From a virus (Duplodnaviria > Caudoviricetes): a stretch of 26,022 bases of DNA. Below are positions 15,246-23,375 of the stretch, one piece after another. A program made the translations under genes and the position numbers. The stretch is from positions 1-26,022 of IMG/VR virus record IMGVR_UViG_3300020045_000512, one strand, 5' to 3'. The notes below the pieces were generated by a model that searched no databases, was not told the origin of the DNA, and saw only the letters and a program-made list of their open reading frames with translations. Position 1 is the stretch's first letter. Each line of letters begins with the position of its first letter.

Positions 15246-17449
15246 CATTATTTATTTTATGTATGTTGCCAGTAACGGCACACGCTGACCCTGTTTCTGT
15301 TGTGATTGCAGTAGCTGGAGCGGCGGCGGCGGGTTCGGCTGGTATTATTGCAGGTGTTGCAGCGGCAACATTCTCTTGGGCGGCATTTGGTGTGTCTTTG
15401 GCTATTTCTGCTTTGTCGTATGTAATTTCCCCCAAAGCAAAGGGCGGTGGTTCTTCTTTCGATGCCGTTAAGGGGAGTGGTTCGGCACAACAATTTAGAC
15501 AAGCGGTTACAGAACGCCAATTGATTTATGGAGAGGTTAGAACATCGGGGCCGATTGTCTATGTGACTTCTACAGACGGCAATAAAAACCTTCATATGTT
15601 CATTGCTCTTGCCTCACATGAATGCCAAGAAATAGGCGAAATTATAGTTGACGATGTATCAATCACACCCGATATGATAGCGGCTGATGGGCTTGTGAAT
15701 TCTGGCAGATATATAAACCTTATGCGGATTAGAAAGCACTTAGGTTCTGATAGTCAAACGGCTGATAGTTATGCGACTACGAATATTCCAGACTGGTCAT
15801 CTAATCACAGATTGCAAGGGATTGCTTATATTTATATTTCATTGCAATGGAATAGAGACACTTACCCGAATGGAATACCTAATTTTTCCGCATGGGTGAA
15901 GGGGAGAAAGCTATTTGATACTCGTTCGGATACGACTTACTGGACACCGAATATCCCGTTGTTTATCCGTGATTATTTAACTGATACACGGTACGGCGTT
16001 AAAGCTGAAACAACATCCATAAATGATGATGACGTTGACAGTTCTGCGAATATTGCAGACGAGTATGTTTTAACTTCTAGCCTTGCGATTGGCGTTTTAT
16101 CAGTTGACACCACGAATGACATTTTAACTCTTAGCGGTGACGTTTGCGAGTTTGTTTTTGGTGATAAAGTCCAGCTAACATCTGGAACAATCGGAGGGTT
16201 ATCTTCTGCGACTGATTATTATGTCACGCCATATCAAAGACAGGGTACGGTTAGGATTAAACTATCGATTTCCTACGCCAATGCTTTGACTGGCACTTTT
16301 ATAAATCTTACCTCTGGAACGACTGGACAGCTTACGAAGATTGCAGAGCCTCGTTACCATGGCGGCGGAATTGTTAAATGCAATACCGAGCCAGCTTCTA
16401 ATATATCCGAGATGGTTCTATCTATGTCTGGAACGGTAAATTATTCTGGCGGGAAGTGGAAGATTTTAGCTGGTTCATACCGTACACCTACCGTTTACTT
16501 AGATGAGAACGACTTAGCTGGAGGAATTTCAGTAACGACTAAAGTTTCTAAACAGGATAGGTTTAACCGTATCCAAGGTGTTTATTCTGCCTTTATTAAT
16601 AGCGGGAACACGGCTGACTATCCATTGGTTAAAAATGATATTTACGCCACGATTGACGGAGAGGTTATTCTTAAAACAAGAGACTTTGCCTATATTCAAC
16701 GCCCCACAATGGCGCAACGTGTAGCAAAGTCTGAAATGGAGAGAATGCGCCAAGAGATTTCATTCATGGCACCATTTAAACTAACCGCTTTTAAGGTCGG
16801 AATTGCTGAAAACTTCTATTTCACTTTTAATAGATATGGGTGGGAATCAAAGGTTTTTGAGTGCGTTCAATGGAAATTGTCCGTAAGTGGTAATGCACCA
16901 GTTATTGAGATGACTTGTAGAGAAATGGCAACCAGTGTTTATGATTGGGTAGCGGGCGAAGAAACGCAAGTTGACCCCGCGCCAAATTCTACTTTGCCAG
17001 ATATATTTGATGTTTTACAACCTACATCACTGGCGGTTTTTCCAGTCGCGATTGAGACTTCTGGAACGCCTGACACATATAAATTTAACTTTGTCTGGAC
17101 ACCGCCACCTGATGAATACGTCACCAGCGGAGGACAGTTCGAAGTCCAGTTTAAAGAATCATCCGAAACAGATTACAGGCCGTCATATTTTGTTGATGGG
17201 GAACAGACATTTACAGACATTAACCAAGTACGTCCAGTTATCAGCTATGACGCAAGAGTTCGCTCTGTAAACGTGTTTGGTGTTCGCTCTGCATGGGCTA
17301 GTTTAACAGGGTTCACCGTAGGCTCTCCGTCTGGTGTAACTGATAGGGAAGACTACGGATTATTTAGCGAAAGCGTAACAAGTAGCTTGGATTATGGGCT
17401 ATTTTCTGCTACAGTAACAACATCCGAAGATTATGGAGCGTTCGTCTAA
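15230..17449 (+). CDS. Tail tip / host-specificity hub protein with C-terminal FN3-like domain
   Basis: Motifs RQLIYGEVRTSG, HRLQGIAY, IRDYLTD.RYG and RFNRIQG. FN3-like WTPP...YDARVRSVN.FG.RSAW. Follows the NlpC-like gene. Confidence 0.88.
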   Translation: MARGIALFILCMLPVTAHADPVSVVIAVAGAAAAGSAGIIAGVAAATFSWAAFGVSLAISALSYVISPKAKGGGSSFDAVKGSGSAQQFRQAVTERQLIYGEVRTSGPIVYVTSTDGNKNLHMFIALASHECQEIGEIIVDDVSITPDMIAADGLVNSGRYINLMRIRKHLGSDSQTADSYATTNIPDWSSNHRLQGIAYIYISLQWNRDTYPNGIPNFSAWVKGRKLFDTRSDTTYWTPNIPLFIRDYLTDTRYGVKAETTSINDDDVDSSANIADEYVLTSSLAIGVLSVDTTNDILTLSGDVCEFVFGDKVQLTSGTIGGLSSATDYYVTPYQRQGTVRIKLSISYANALTGTFINLTSGTTGQLTKIAEPRYHGGGIVKCNTEPASNISEMVLSMSGTVNYSGGKWKILAGSYRTPTVYLDENDLAGGISVTTKVSKQDRFNRIQGVYSAFINSGNTADYPLVKNDIYATIDGEVILKTRDFAYIQRPTMAQRVAKSEMERMRQEISFMAPFKLTAFKVGIAENFYFTFNRYGWESKVFECVQWKLSVSGNAPVIEMTCREMATSVYDWVAGEETQVDPAPNSTLPDIFDVLQPTSLAVFPVAIETSGTPDTYKFNFVWTPPPDEYVTSGGQFEVQFKESSETDYRPSYFVDGEQTFTDINQVRPVISYDARVRSVNVFGVRSAWASLTGFTVGSPSGVTDREDYGLFSESVTSSLDYGLFSATVTTSEDYGAFV
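17351..17446 (+). repeat. Three DYG peptide repeats with a 39-nt (13-aa) period at the C-terminus of the tail tip protein
   Basis: DYGLFSESVTSSL / DYGLFSATVTTSE / DYGAFV*, with DYG starting at 17351, 17390 and 17429. Confidence 0.85.
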
Positions 17450-18525
17450 TGTCAACACAAGTACAAATACGCCGTGACAGTGCCACTAACCTTGCAAGCG
17501 TTACTCCTGTCGCTGGTGAAGCTGGTTATGATACCACAAATAAAAACCTTCTAGTAGGTGACGGAGCGCGTGTCGGTGGTATTCCACATACTTCTTACGC
17601 CCACGACCAGACCCAAAAATTCAGATACGCTGCTATCGGTGCAGGTTCTGCGGCTGATGCTATTGTTCTTGAAATGGCAGAGGCTCTTGATGCTTATGTA
17701 GAGGGTACAGGAATTGAGTTTAAAGCGGCTGCGGACAATACGACATCAGTAACAGTTAATATTGACGGGCTTGGAACAAAGACGCTTAAAAAGGCTTCTG
17801 GTGGGGCATTATCAAACTTAACTGCAGGAGACATCAAAACAGGAATAATTTACAGACTTGTTTATGACGGAACATATTTTCAATTAGGTGCTTCAGGTGG
17901 GGCTTCTTTAGTTATTTCACGCCAAGTTTTTACATCATCAGGAACATATACAAAACCCGCTGGATTGCTTTACGTTGAAGTTGAAGTTGTCGGTGGCGGT
18001 GGCGGTGGTGGAGGCTTTGCAAGCGGCTCTGGTTCGGCTGGAGGTAACGGAGGAACATCATCTTTCGGCTCACATTGTTCGGCGGCTGGCGGCGTAGGTG
18101 GTGTTTGGGTTTCTGGCGTAGGGGCTCCTGCTGGTTTAGGCGGTGTTGGTACAGGCGGTGATTTTAATCTAAGGGGCGGAACTGCCGAATATGGCACATC
18201 GTCCGCAACAGGTTTTGATTCTATTGGCGGGACTGGTGGATCGTCATTTATGGGCGGTGAAGGTGTCGGAGGAAAAAACAGCGCAGGAAGCGCAGGGGGG
18301 CAATACGGTGGCGGTGGCGGAGGTTGTGGGAGAGGTTCGGCAACAAACGCAGGTTCTGGTGGAAGCGGCGGCGGGTATGCTAAAAAGATTGTCGCGGCTT
18401 CAAGTGTTGGTAGCACTGAAACGGTAACGGTTGGCGCAGCTGGCTCGGGCGGTTCTGGAACTTCTGGTGTAGCTGGTGGTGCGGGAGCGGCTGGAATTGT
18501 AATCATAACAGAATATAAGAGTTAA
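17449..18525 (+). CDS. Tail fibre with Mtd_N-like N-terminal domain and glycine-rich C-terminal domain
   Basis: MSTQVQIRRD...AGEAGYDTTNKNLLVGDG...GG.P resembles the major tropism determinant N-domain. FTSSGTYTKP...VEVVGGGGGG...GIVIITEY is a Gly-rich domain. Confidence 0.85.
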   Translation: MSTQVQIRRDSATNLASVTPVAGEAGYDTTNKNLLVGDGARVGGIPHTSYAHDQTQKFRYAAIGAGSAADAIVLEMAEALDAYVEGTGIEFKAAADNTTSVTVNIDGLGTKTLKKASGGALSNLTAGDIKTGIIYRLVYDGTYFQLGASGGASLVISRQVFTSSGTYTKPAGLLYVEVEVVGGGGGGGGFASGSGSAGGNGGTSSFGSHCSAAGGVGGVWVSGVGAPAGLGGVGTGGDFNLRGGTAEYGTSSATGFDSIGGTGGSSFMGGEGVGGKNSAGSAGGQYGGGGGGCGRGSATNAGSGGSGGGYAKKIVAASSVGSTETVTVGAAGSGGSGTSGVAGGAGAAGIVIITEYKS

Positions 18526-18744
18526 ATGACCCCAGAAACCTACATTCCTGACCCTCAAAGATTTGTAAACCATGAAAATCAAGTTATTGCACTTGAGGCC
18601 ATGTTTATTATAGTATTGGTTGGATATATCTTTTGGAAAGAAGTTATATCTATCCGTAAAGATAAAGAAACATCATCGACATTAAGAGAGTTAACTGGCT
18701 TGCTTAATAAAATATACGGGGCTCTACATGATGATAAAAGGTAA
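18526..18744 (+). CDS. Small single-TM protein (possible holin or antiholin)
   Basis: Hydrophobic VIALEAMFIIVLVGYIFW followed by a charged tail. Abuts the fibre gene and precedes the lysis genes. Confidence 0.55.
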   Translation: MTPETYIPDPQRFVNHENQVIALEAMFIIVLVGYIFWKEVISIRKDKETSSTLRELTGLLNKIYGALHDDKR

Positions 18745-18934
18745 TTTACAGCACGAGCATTTAAGGGTTCGGAATGCGTGTCGCAAATTAAGCGAAGCGA
18801 TTGACGCTAAACCTGACGCATTGCGTGGGATAACCATAGAGCCTAGGAATGTTGTTATTAAACATGATTTTAGCGTTCGGAATATATCAATCGCTAGTAT
18901 TTTACTAGCATTTTTCGTAAAGGTGTTTCATTGA
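18728..18934 (+). CDS. Hypothetical protein with hydrophobic C-terminus
   Basis: Overlaps both neighbours and fills the gap between them. C-terminal ISIASILLAFFV. Confidence 0.5.
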   Translation: MMIKGNLQHEHLRVRNACRKLSEAIDAKPDALRGITIEPRNVVIKHDFSVRNISIASILLAFFVKVFH

Positions 18935-19452
18935 TTTACCTCGTTCCATTCATAGGCGCGATTATCGCTAGAATACACGGCGCAGGGTTAATTCCGAAAG
19001 TATGGATTAGCTTAATCTGGGCGGTTCCGTTTGCGTATGCGGTTGGTACTTATAATTTATGGCTTGCTATTCCTGCATTAGGATTGTGTGCTTTGGGTAA
19101 GTCAACAGGGCATGGACAATATTTTGATTTAGCGAATATGCCTCATAACGGCAAGACAGAACGCCTTGATTTTATTGTGAAATTTATCACTTCGCCACTT
19201 AAGTATAAAATTTCCGCTTATTGGTATGATGTTATTGGCCTATCCGTTGTCGGTTTGGCCTCTGTTTCAGGTGGTTTATTAGTCGCTTGGTATAATCCAG
19301 TATTAGCATTACTCATTGCCCTTGGTGGCCTCACAAAACCGATTGGATATATGATTGGCTGGAAGTTATTTAAATCGCCTAGCTCAACCGAAACGGGTGA
19401 GTATATATCTGGATTTTTTGCGTATCTTCCGTTAGTATATTTGTGGAGTTAA
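18931..19452 (+). CDS. Multi-pass membrane protein of unknown function
   Basis: Several hydrophobic segments. Polar motifs RIHG, GHGQYFD and TETGE. Confidence 0.7.
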   Translation: MIYLVPFIGAIIARIHGAGLIPKVWISLIWAVPFAYAVGTYNLWLAIPALGLCALGKSTGHGQYFDLANMPHNGKTERLDFIVKFITSPLKYKISAYWYDVIGLSVVGLASVSGGLLVAWYNPVLALLIALGGLTKPIGYMIGWKLFKSPSSTETGEYISGFFAYLPLVYLWS

Positions 19453-19453
19453 G

Positions 19454-19903
19454 ATGAAATTCGACATAATCGACCTTCCTAACATTAAGAAACCAAAACG
19501 CATGGTAAACCGTGTATTTCTGCATTGCTCGGCGAGTGATAGGCCAGAACACGATAACCCACAAACGATGGAAAAGTGGCACTTGGAGCGTAAATTTAAA
19601 GAGATTGGTTATCACTTCTATATTGATAAAGCTGGTCACATTTACGAGGGTCGGTCATTAAACACTAATCCAGCCGCACAAGCTGGTCACAACGCGAATA
19701 CGATTGCAATATGTTGCGGTGGGTTAAAGACGTTCACAGTTGAGCAGAAACGCGCTGTAAGGGCGTTGTGTTTATATTTGGAACACTTGATTAAGGGGCT
19801 GACATTTCATGGTCACTCGGAAGTTTCCGCGAAGACTTGTCCTGTATACCCATATAAAGAATGGCTAGAATTAAACGATAACGGAATTATGAGGTTGGTA
19901 TGA
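19454..19903 (+). CDS. Endolysin, N-acetylmuramoyl-L-alanine amidase (Amidase_2, T7 lysozyme-like)
   Basis: Motifs VFLHCSAS, IGYHFYI...GR, GHNANTIAIC and HGHSEV..KTCP (His/His/Cys Zn ligands). RBS ggag. Confidence 0.93.
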   Translation: MKFDIIDLPNIKKPKRMVNRVFLHCSASDRPEHDNPQTMEKWHLERKFKEIGYHFYIDKAGHIYEGRSLNTNPAAQAGHNANTIAICCGGLKTFTVEQKRAVRALCLYLEHLIKGLTFHGHSEVSAKTCPVYPYKEWLELNDNGIMRLV

Positions 19904-22689
19904 TTAGGTCAAGAAACAGGGCTAGGGGCTTTTCGGGTGGGGGTGGTGCAGTAGCCGCCGCGCTTCCTGCAATGTCGTCTGCAAATACGGCAGAGGTCTC
20001 AGGGGATATTTTTGACATCAGCTCCGTATCGCTTCCTAATGGTGACTGGTCAATTGGCGGGTGGTTTAGACCACGGGCGGCGGAGACAAACAGGGGAGTT
20101 ATATTTGCGCTTGGAGCAAGCCCTAACAATGTTGAGGTTCAGTATGACCCTAACAACGGGTTGTTGAGATTTTCAGGGCAAGATATTGCTGGTACAAATT
20201 ACATCGGTTCTCACTCTGTAACTGGCGCTTTCGCTTCAACTGCAAGTGCTGTTGTCTCGAATTATCCTATTCAACGCGACCAAGATTCTTTTGTATGGTT
20301 TCAACGCTCTGGAACAAAAAACCAAATTTGGATTGCATTTAACGGTCATGCGCCTGTTTTGGCTGGTGAAGAAACAGTCGCGTCATTCAATGGTGTTGCC
20401 TCTCAAACATTTAGATTTGGCCGCCAATTAAGTGGTGGCTCCCCAACTAGTGGAAACTATAGAAACTGGAGCAAGCTATCTTTTGCTTTAACAAAAGACC
20501 AAATCAATAAAGTAGCAAACGGCACTGACCCGACAACTCTTGGGACTCCTGCGGCTGATGACTTCTATGTACCATGTGATGTAAACGGGACATGGGTTGG
20601 AACGATTAATTCTAAGAACGCAACAAAAACGGCTGGTAATGCTGTAATATCCACTGGGCTTGGTTATGCACCAATGACGAATGGCGTGTTTCTTGACCCT
20701 GTTGGCTCACAAGGATTTGTATTCCAACACACGTCTGGAAGCGCAACGGTCTCGCTATCTGGCACATATCAGGGCGCAGATGGTGATGATATTGAAATTC
20801 AATTTATTGATGATAATAACGTGGCGTTTTTGGGTTGGCAGACTATCGACACAACCGTATCTGGCGGCGTGTGGTCTGGAACTGCTATTATCCCAAAAGG
20901 CAAGCGTTGGATTAAATGCCAACTAAGAAAACTATCGACGCCTACAGAGGTTATGACCTCAACGCTCAAATGGGGGGTTGGTGAAAACGTCATTCTTGAT
21001 GGTCAATCGCTTATGGATTATTTGCGTCAATCTGGCGCGCCGTATGGTGTCTCTACGTTGTCATGGAATAATTACGCATCAACACATTTCTCTATCCCTA
21101 CGGTTGTCGGAGGCTCAAACGTTGAAAAACTTACCGTTACAGGCGCGGCCTCAAATGGTGGTTTAATTGAGTTGACGGTTGCTAAGCACGGAAGAAAAAC
21201 TGGCGATAAAATTACAGTCACCTCAATTGTCGGAACAACCGAGGCGAATGATAGAGTTTGGACGATTACAGTCACAGGGCAAAACACATTCACCCTTGAT
21301 GGCTCTACATTCACAAACGCTTATGTCTCTGGCGGCTCTATTTATATCGGTAACATTTACAACCAAGTGCCAGCGAATGACACGCTGTTCTTTAAGCCAG
21401 ACGGGATGATTACAATTGCAAATACGATTGTAAACTCAACTAACTGTGTGGTTTGCCTTATAAATAAAGCGGTTTCTGGAACTTCGATTTCAAACCATTA
21501 TTCTTGGAGTGGTACAACTGCGCCTTATACATTGCTTGCTGGACATCAAATGAAGAAGGTCGGAACAATGGCATGGGCGCAAGGCCATAATGACTTGGGA
21601 CTTTCTCCTATTCGTTCTTACTTCGCTGATGCTGGTACAGAGGGCGCATGGACTGGCTGGGGATTGCTCGGCACTATGTATGACTTCTACAAAACAAACT
21701 GGCCTAATAACGACTTCAAAATTGGTGTTGTTCCGTTCAACTCTGTGACTGGTGTTACTGGTTACGCAGCTTCAATCTATCAATCATTCCGTTGGGGAAT
21801 GAAAGACTGGTGTACTCGCAAGATTGCTAATGGTGAAACAAATGTTTTTGAAATGGGATGGGTTCACGATTTACAGCCGCAATACGAGTTTAATAGAATC
21901 GGCGCACACTTATGCCCTGAACTTAAGGGTACATCGTCAATGGCGGCTCGTATCGGGCAAGACGTTGCGGTTAAATTAGCTGGGTCTGGTAATAACTCAT
22001 TCGGGCCATATATGACCACTGCGACACGTTCTGGAGCGGTTGTTACATTGCCTGTTACGCATAATGGAGGAACATCTCTCAAGGTTCTGGCAACTGGCGC
22101 AAAACCTACTGGATTCCAAGTCGCAACAGACACGGCGTTTACGTCTCTGCTGACGATTTCAACCGTTACATTCACAGATAGCCAAATTCAAATCACTCTA
22201 TCTGCCGACCCTTCCGCGACTGTCTATGTTCGGTATATGTATGGCTTCGTGAGTGAAGCGACGACAGCATCTTATATTACCCCAATGGTGACTGGAGTGG
22301 CAGATAATGGTTCTGGCTTAATCCGTGTCACAACCTTAGAAACACCAACAAGCGCGACACATCCAACTGGCTCTCAAAAGGTTGGTGGTCATGGCTTGAC
22401 TACTGGAGATTGGATTAGAATTTCAGGGGTTAAAGGAGCGACACAAGCAAACGGATATTGGCAAGTCACGGTTATTGACAGTGTGACCATTGATTTGGTC
22501 AGCTCATCCTCTGTCGGTCTTGGTGTATTTAACGCAACCGAAACACTTTGGGGAGGCTCAAGTGGTGGTGGTAACTCTGTTATTGAAACATTGCTTGCTA
22601 TACCAATCTATGACAATCGCACAATCGGTACTTACGACACTAACGGTGCGCCATTACAACCGACATTCACCTACATCACGGCCGCATAA
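19900..22689 (+). CDS. Large beta-rich protein: LamG/ConA-like domain plus SGNH (sialate O-acetylesterase-like) domain plus two inserted beta modules
   Basis: LamG-like DWSIGGWFRP...ALTKDQI. SGNH blocks GQSL (21001), AVSGTSI, WAQGHND (21574) and GAH (21901). Thr/Gly/Ser-rich. ATGA coupling to the endolysin and RBS gagg. Confidence 0.75.
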   Translation: MIRSRNRARGFSGGGGAVAAALPAMSSANTAEVSGDIFDISSVSLPNGDWSIGGWFRPRAAETNRGVIFALGASPNNVEVQYDPNNGLLRFSGQDIAGTNYIGSHSVTGAFASTASAVVSNYPIQRDQDSFVWFQRSGTKNQIWIAFNGHAPVLAGEETVASFNGVASQTFRFGRQLSGGSPTSGNYRNWSKLSFALTKDQINKVANGTDPTTLGTPAADDFYVPCDVNGTWVGTINSKNATKTAGNAVISTGLGYAPMTNGVFLDPVGSQGFVFQHTSGSATVSLSGTYQGADGDDIEIQFIDDNNVAFLGWQTIDTTVSGGVWSGTAIIPKGKRWIKCQLRKLSTPTEVMTSTLKWGVGENVILDGQSLMDYLRQSGAPYGVSTLSWNNYASTHFSIPTVVGGSNVEKLTVTGAASNGGLIELTVAKHGRKTGDKITVTSIVGTTEANDRVWTITVTGQNTFTLDGSTFTNAYVSGGSIYIGNIYNQVPANDTLFFKPDGMITIANTIVNSTNCVVCLINKAVSGTSISNHYSWSGTTAPYTLLAGHQMKKVGTMAWAQGHNDLGLSPIRSYFADAGTEGAWTGWGLLGTMYDFYKTNWPNNDFKIGVVPFNSVTGVTGYAASIYQSFRWGMKDWCTRKIANGETNVFEMGWVHDLQPQYEFNRIGAHLCPELKGTSSMAARIGQDVAVKLAGSGNNSFGPYMTTATRSGAVVTLPVTHNGGTSLKVLATGAKPTGFQVATDTAFTSLLTISTVTFTDSQIQITLSADPSATVYVRYMYGFVSEATTASYITPMVTGVADNGSGLIRVTTLETPTSATHPTGSQKVGGHGLTTGDWIRISGVKGATQANGYWQVTVIDSVTIDLVSSSSVGLGVFNATETLWGGSSGGGNSVIETLLAIPIYDNRTIGTYDTNGAPLQPTFTYITAA

Positions 22690-22692
22690 ACC

Positions 22693-22721
22693 AAAACCCC
22701 CCTACCATTTCTGATAGGGGG
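22693..22721 (-). terminator. Intrinsic terminator, minus-strand orientation, GAAA tetraloop
   Basis: Minus strand ccccctatca-gaaa-tggtaggggg-g-tttt. Confidence 0.75.
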
Positions 22722-22773
22722 CTGGAACGCAGAGAGGGAAAGAAACTCTAAACAATGTAGTCTAAGCAATTGC

Positions 22774-22803
22774 AATTTACCCCATTTTCGATTATCATGT
22801 CAA
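22774..22803 (-). promoter_or_regulatory. Putative sigma70 promoter firing antisense to the late operon
   Basis: Minus strand perfect TTGACA (22803-22798), then GTAAAT at N17 or TAAATT at N18. Confidence 0.5.
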
Positions 22804-22822
22804 TAACAAAAGGATTTAAATC

Positions 22823-22987
22823 ATGGAATGGATTACAGCACACTATCAAGAGATTTTCGCCTATGTTGGTATTTTGGTAACTGCCGCAACTGGTATCGTT
22901 GCCCTTACACCAACTACTAAAGACGATGAAATTCTTGGTAAAATCGTCAAGTTTATTGAATTGTTTTCAGTCGTAAACAAGAAATAA
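22823..22987 (+). CDS. Holin-like small membrane protein (54 aa, not in ORF track)
   Basis: MEWITAHYQEIFAYVGILVTAATGIVALTPTTKDDEILGKIVKFIELFSVVNKK*. RBS aagga. A TM segment plus a TP..KDD motif. Abuts the spanin gene. Confidence 0.7.
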   Translation: MEWITAHYQEIFAYVGILVTAATGIVALTPTTKDDEILGKIVKFIELFSVVNKK

Positions 22988-23266
22988 ATGCTCAAAGCAT
23001 TACCATACGTGGTAATCGTTCTATTGATTGCCGCGCTTACTTACTCATCATTCCAATGGGGTGTTTTCCATGAGAGAAACTCTGCGCTACTTGAAACTAA
23101 TTCCGCACTCGCCAAGTCAGCGCAACACATCATTGACGAACAAGCCAAATTACAAACCATCGAAGACATTATCACAAAAGACACGGACGGCACTGTTATC
23201 AAGTCTCCTGTGCTTATGCGTACTCTTAAGCGGGTGTCAGACTGTTCAGGTAAAACCCAGTGTTAA
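22988..23266 (+). CDS. Inner-membrane spanin (Rz-like)
   Basis: N-terminal TM (VVIVLLIAALTY), helical periplasmic part, and C-terminal Cys residues. Overlapped by a +1-frame lipoprotein. Confidence 0.75.
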   Translation: MLKALPYVVIVLLIAALTYSSFQWGVFHERNSALLETNSALAKSAQHIIDEQAKLQTIEDIITKDTDGTVIKSPVLMRTLKRVSDCSGKTQC

Positions 23267-23375
23267 ACACCCCATTATCCCTTGTGATGTATCGGGCGAA
23301 TCTGTATCTGCTAAGTGCATGGCCGTGCTATTGGAACGCTATCGCACAGCACTTAATCAAGCAAATGGTGGATGA
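23133..23375 (+). CDS. Outer-membrane lipoprotein spanin (Rz1-like); start uncertain (TTG 23133 or ATG 23070)
   Basis: Basic region, then LLSSLLCLCVL-LSGC lipobox (Cys at 23235), in the +1 frame overlapping the 3' part of the Rz-like gene. Confidence 0.7.
   Translation: MTNKPNYKPSKTLSQKTRTALLSSLLCLCVLLSGCQTVQVKPSVKHPIIPCDVSGESVSAKCMAVLLERYRTALNQANGG

Noticed and set aside
17970-18506. 178-aa Pro-rich minus-strand ORF
   Set aside because: Shadow of GGN glycine codons on the plus strand.
17449-18525. Diversity-generating retroelement suggested by the Mtd_N-like domain
   Set aside because: No reverse transcriptase, no template/variable repeat pair and no C-type lectin variable region is visible. 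The fibre ends in a Gly-rich domain.
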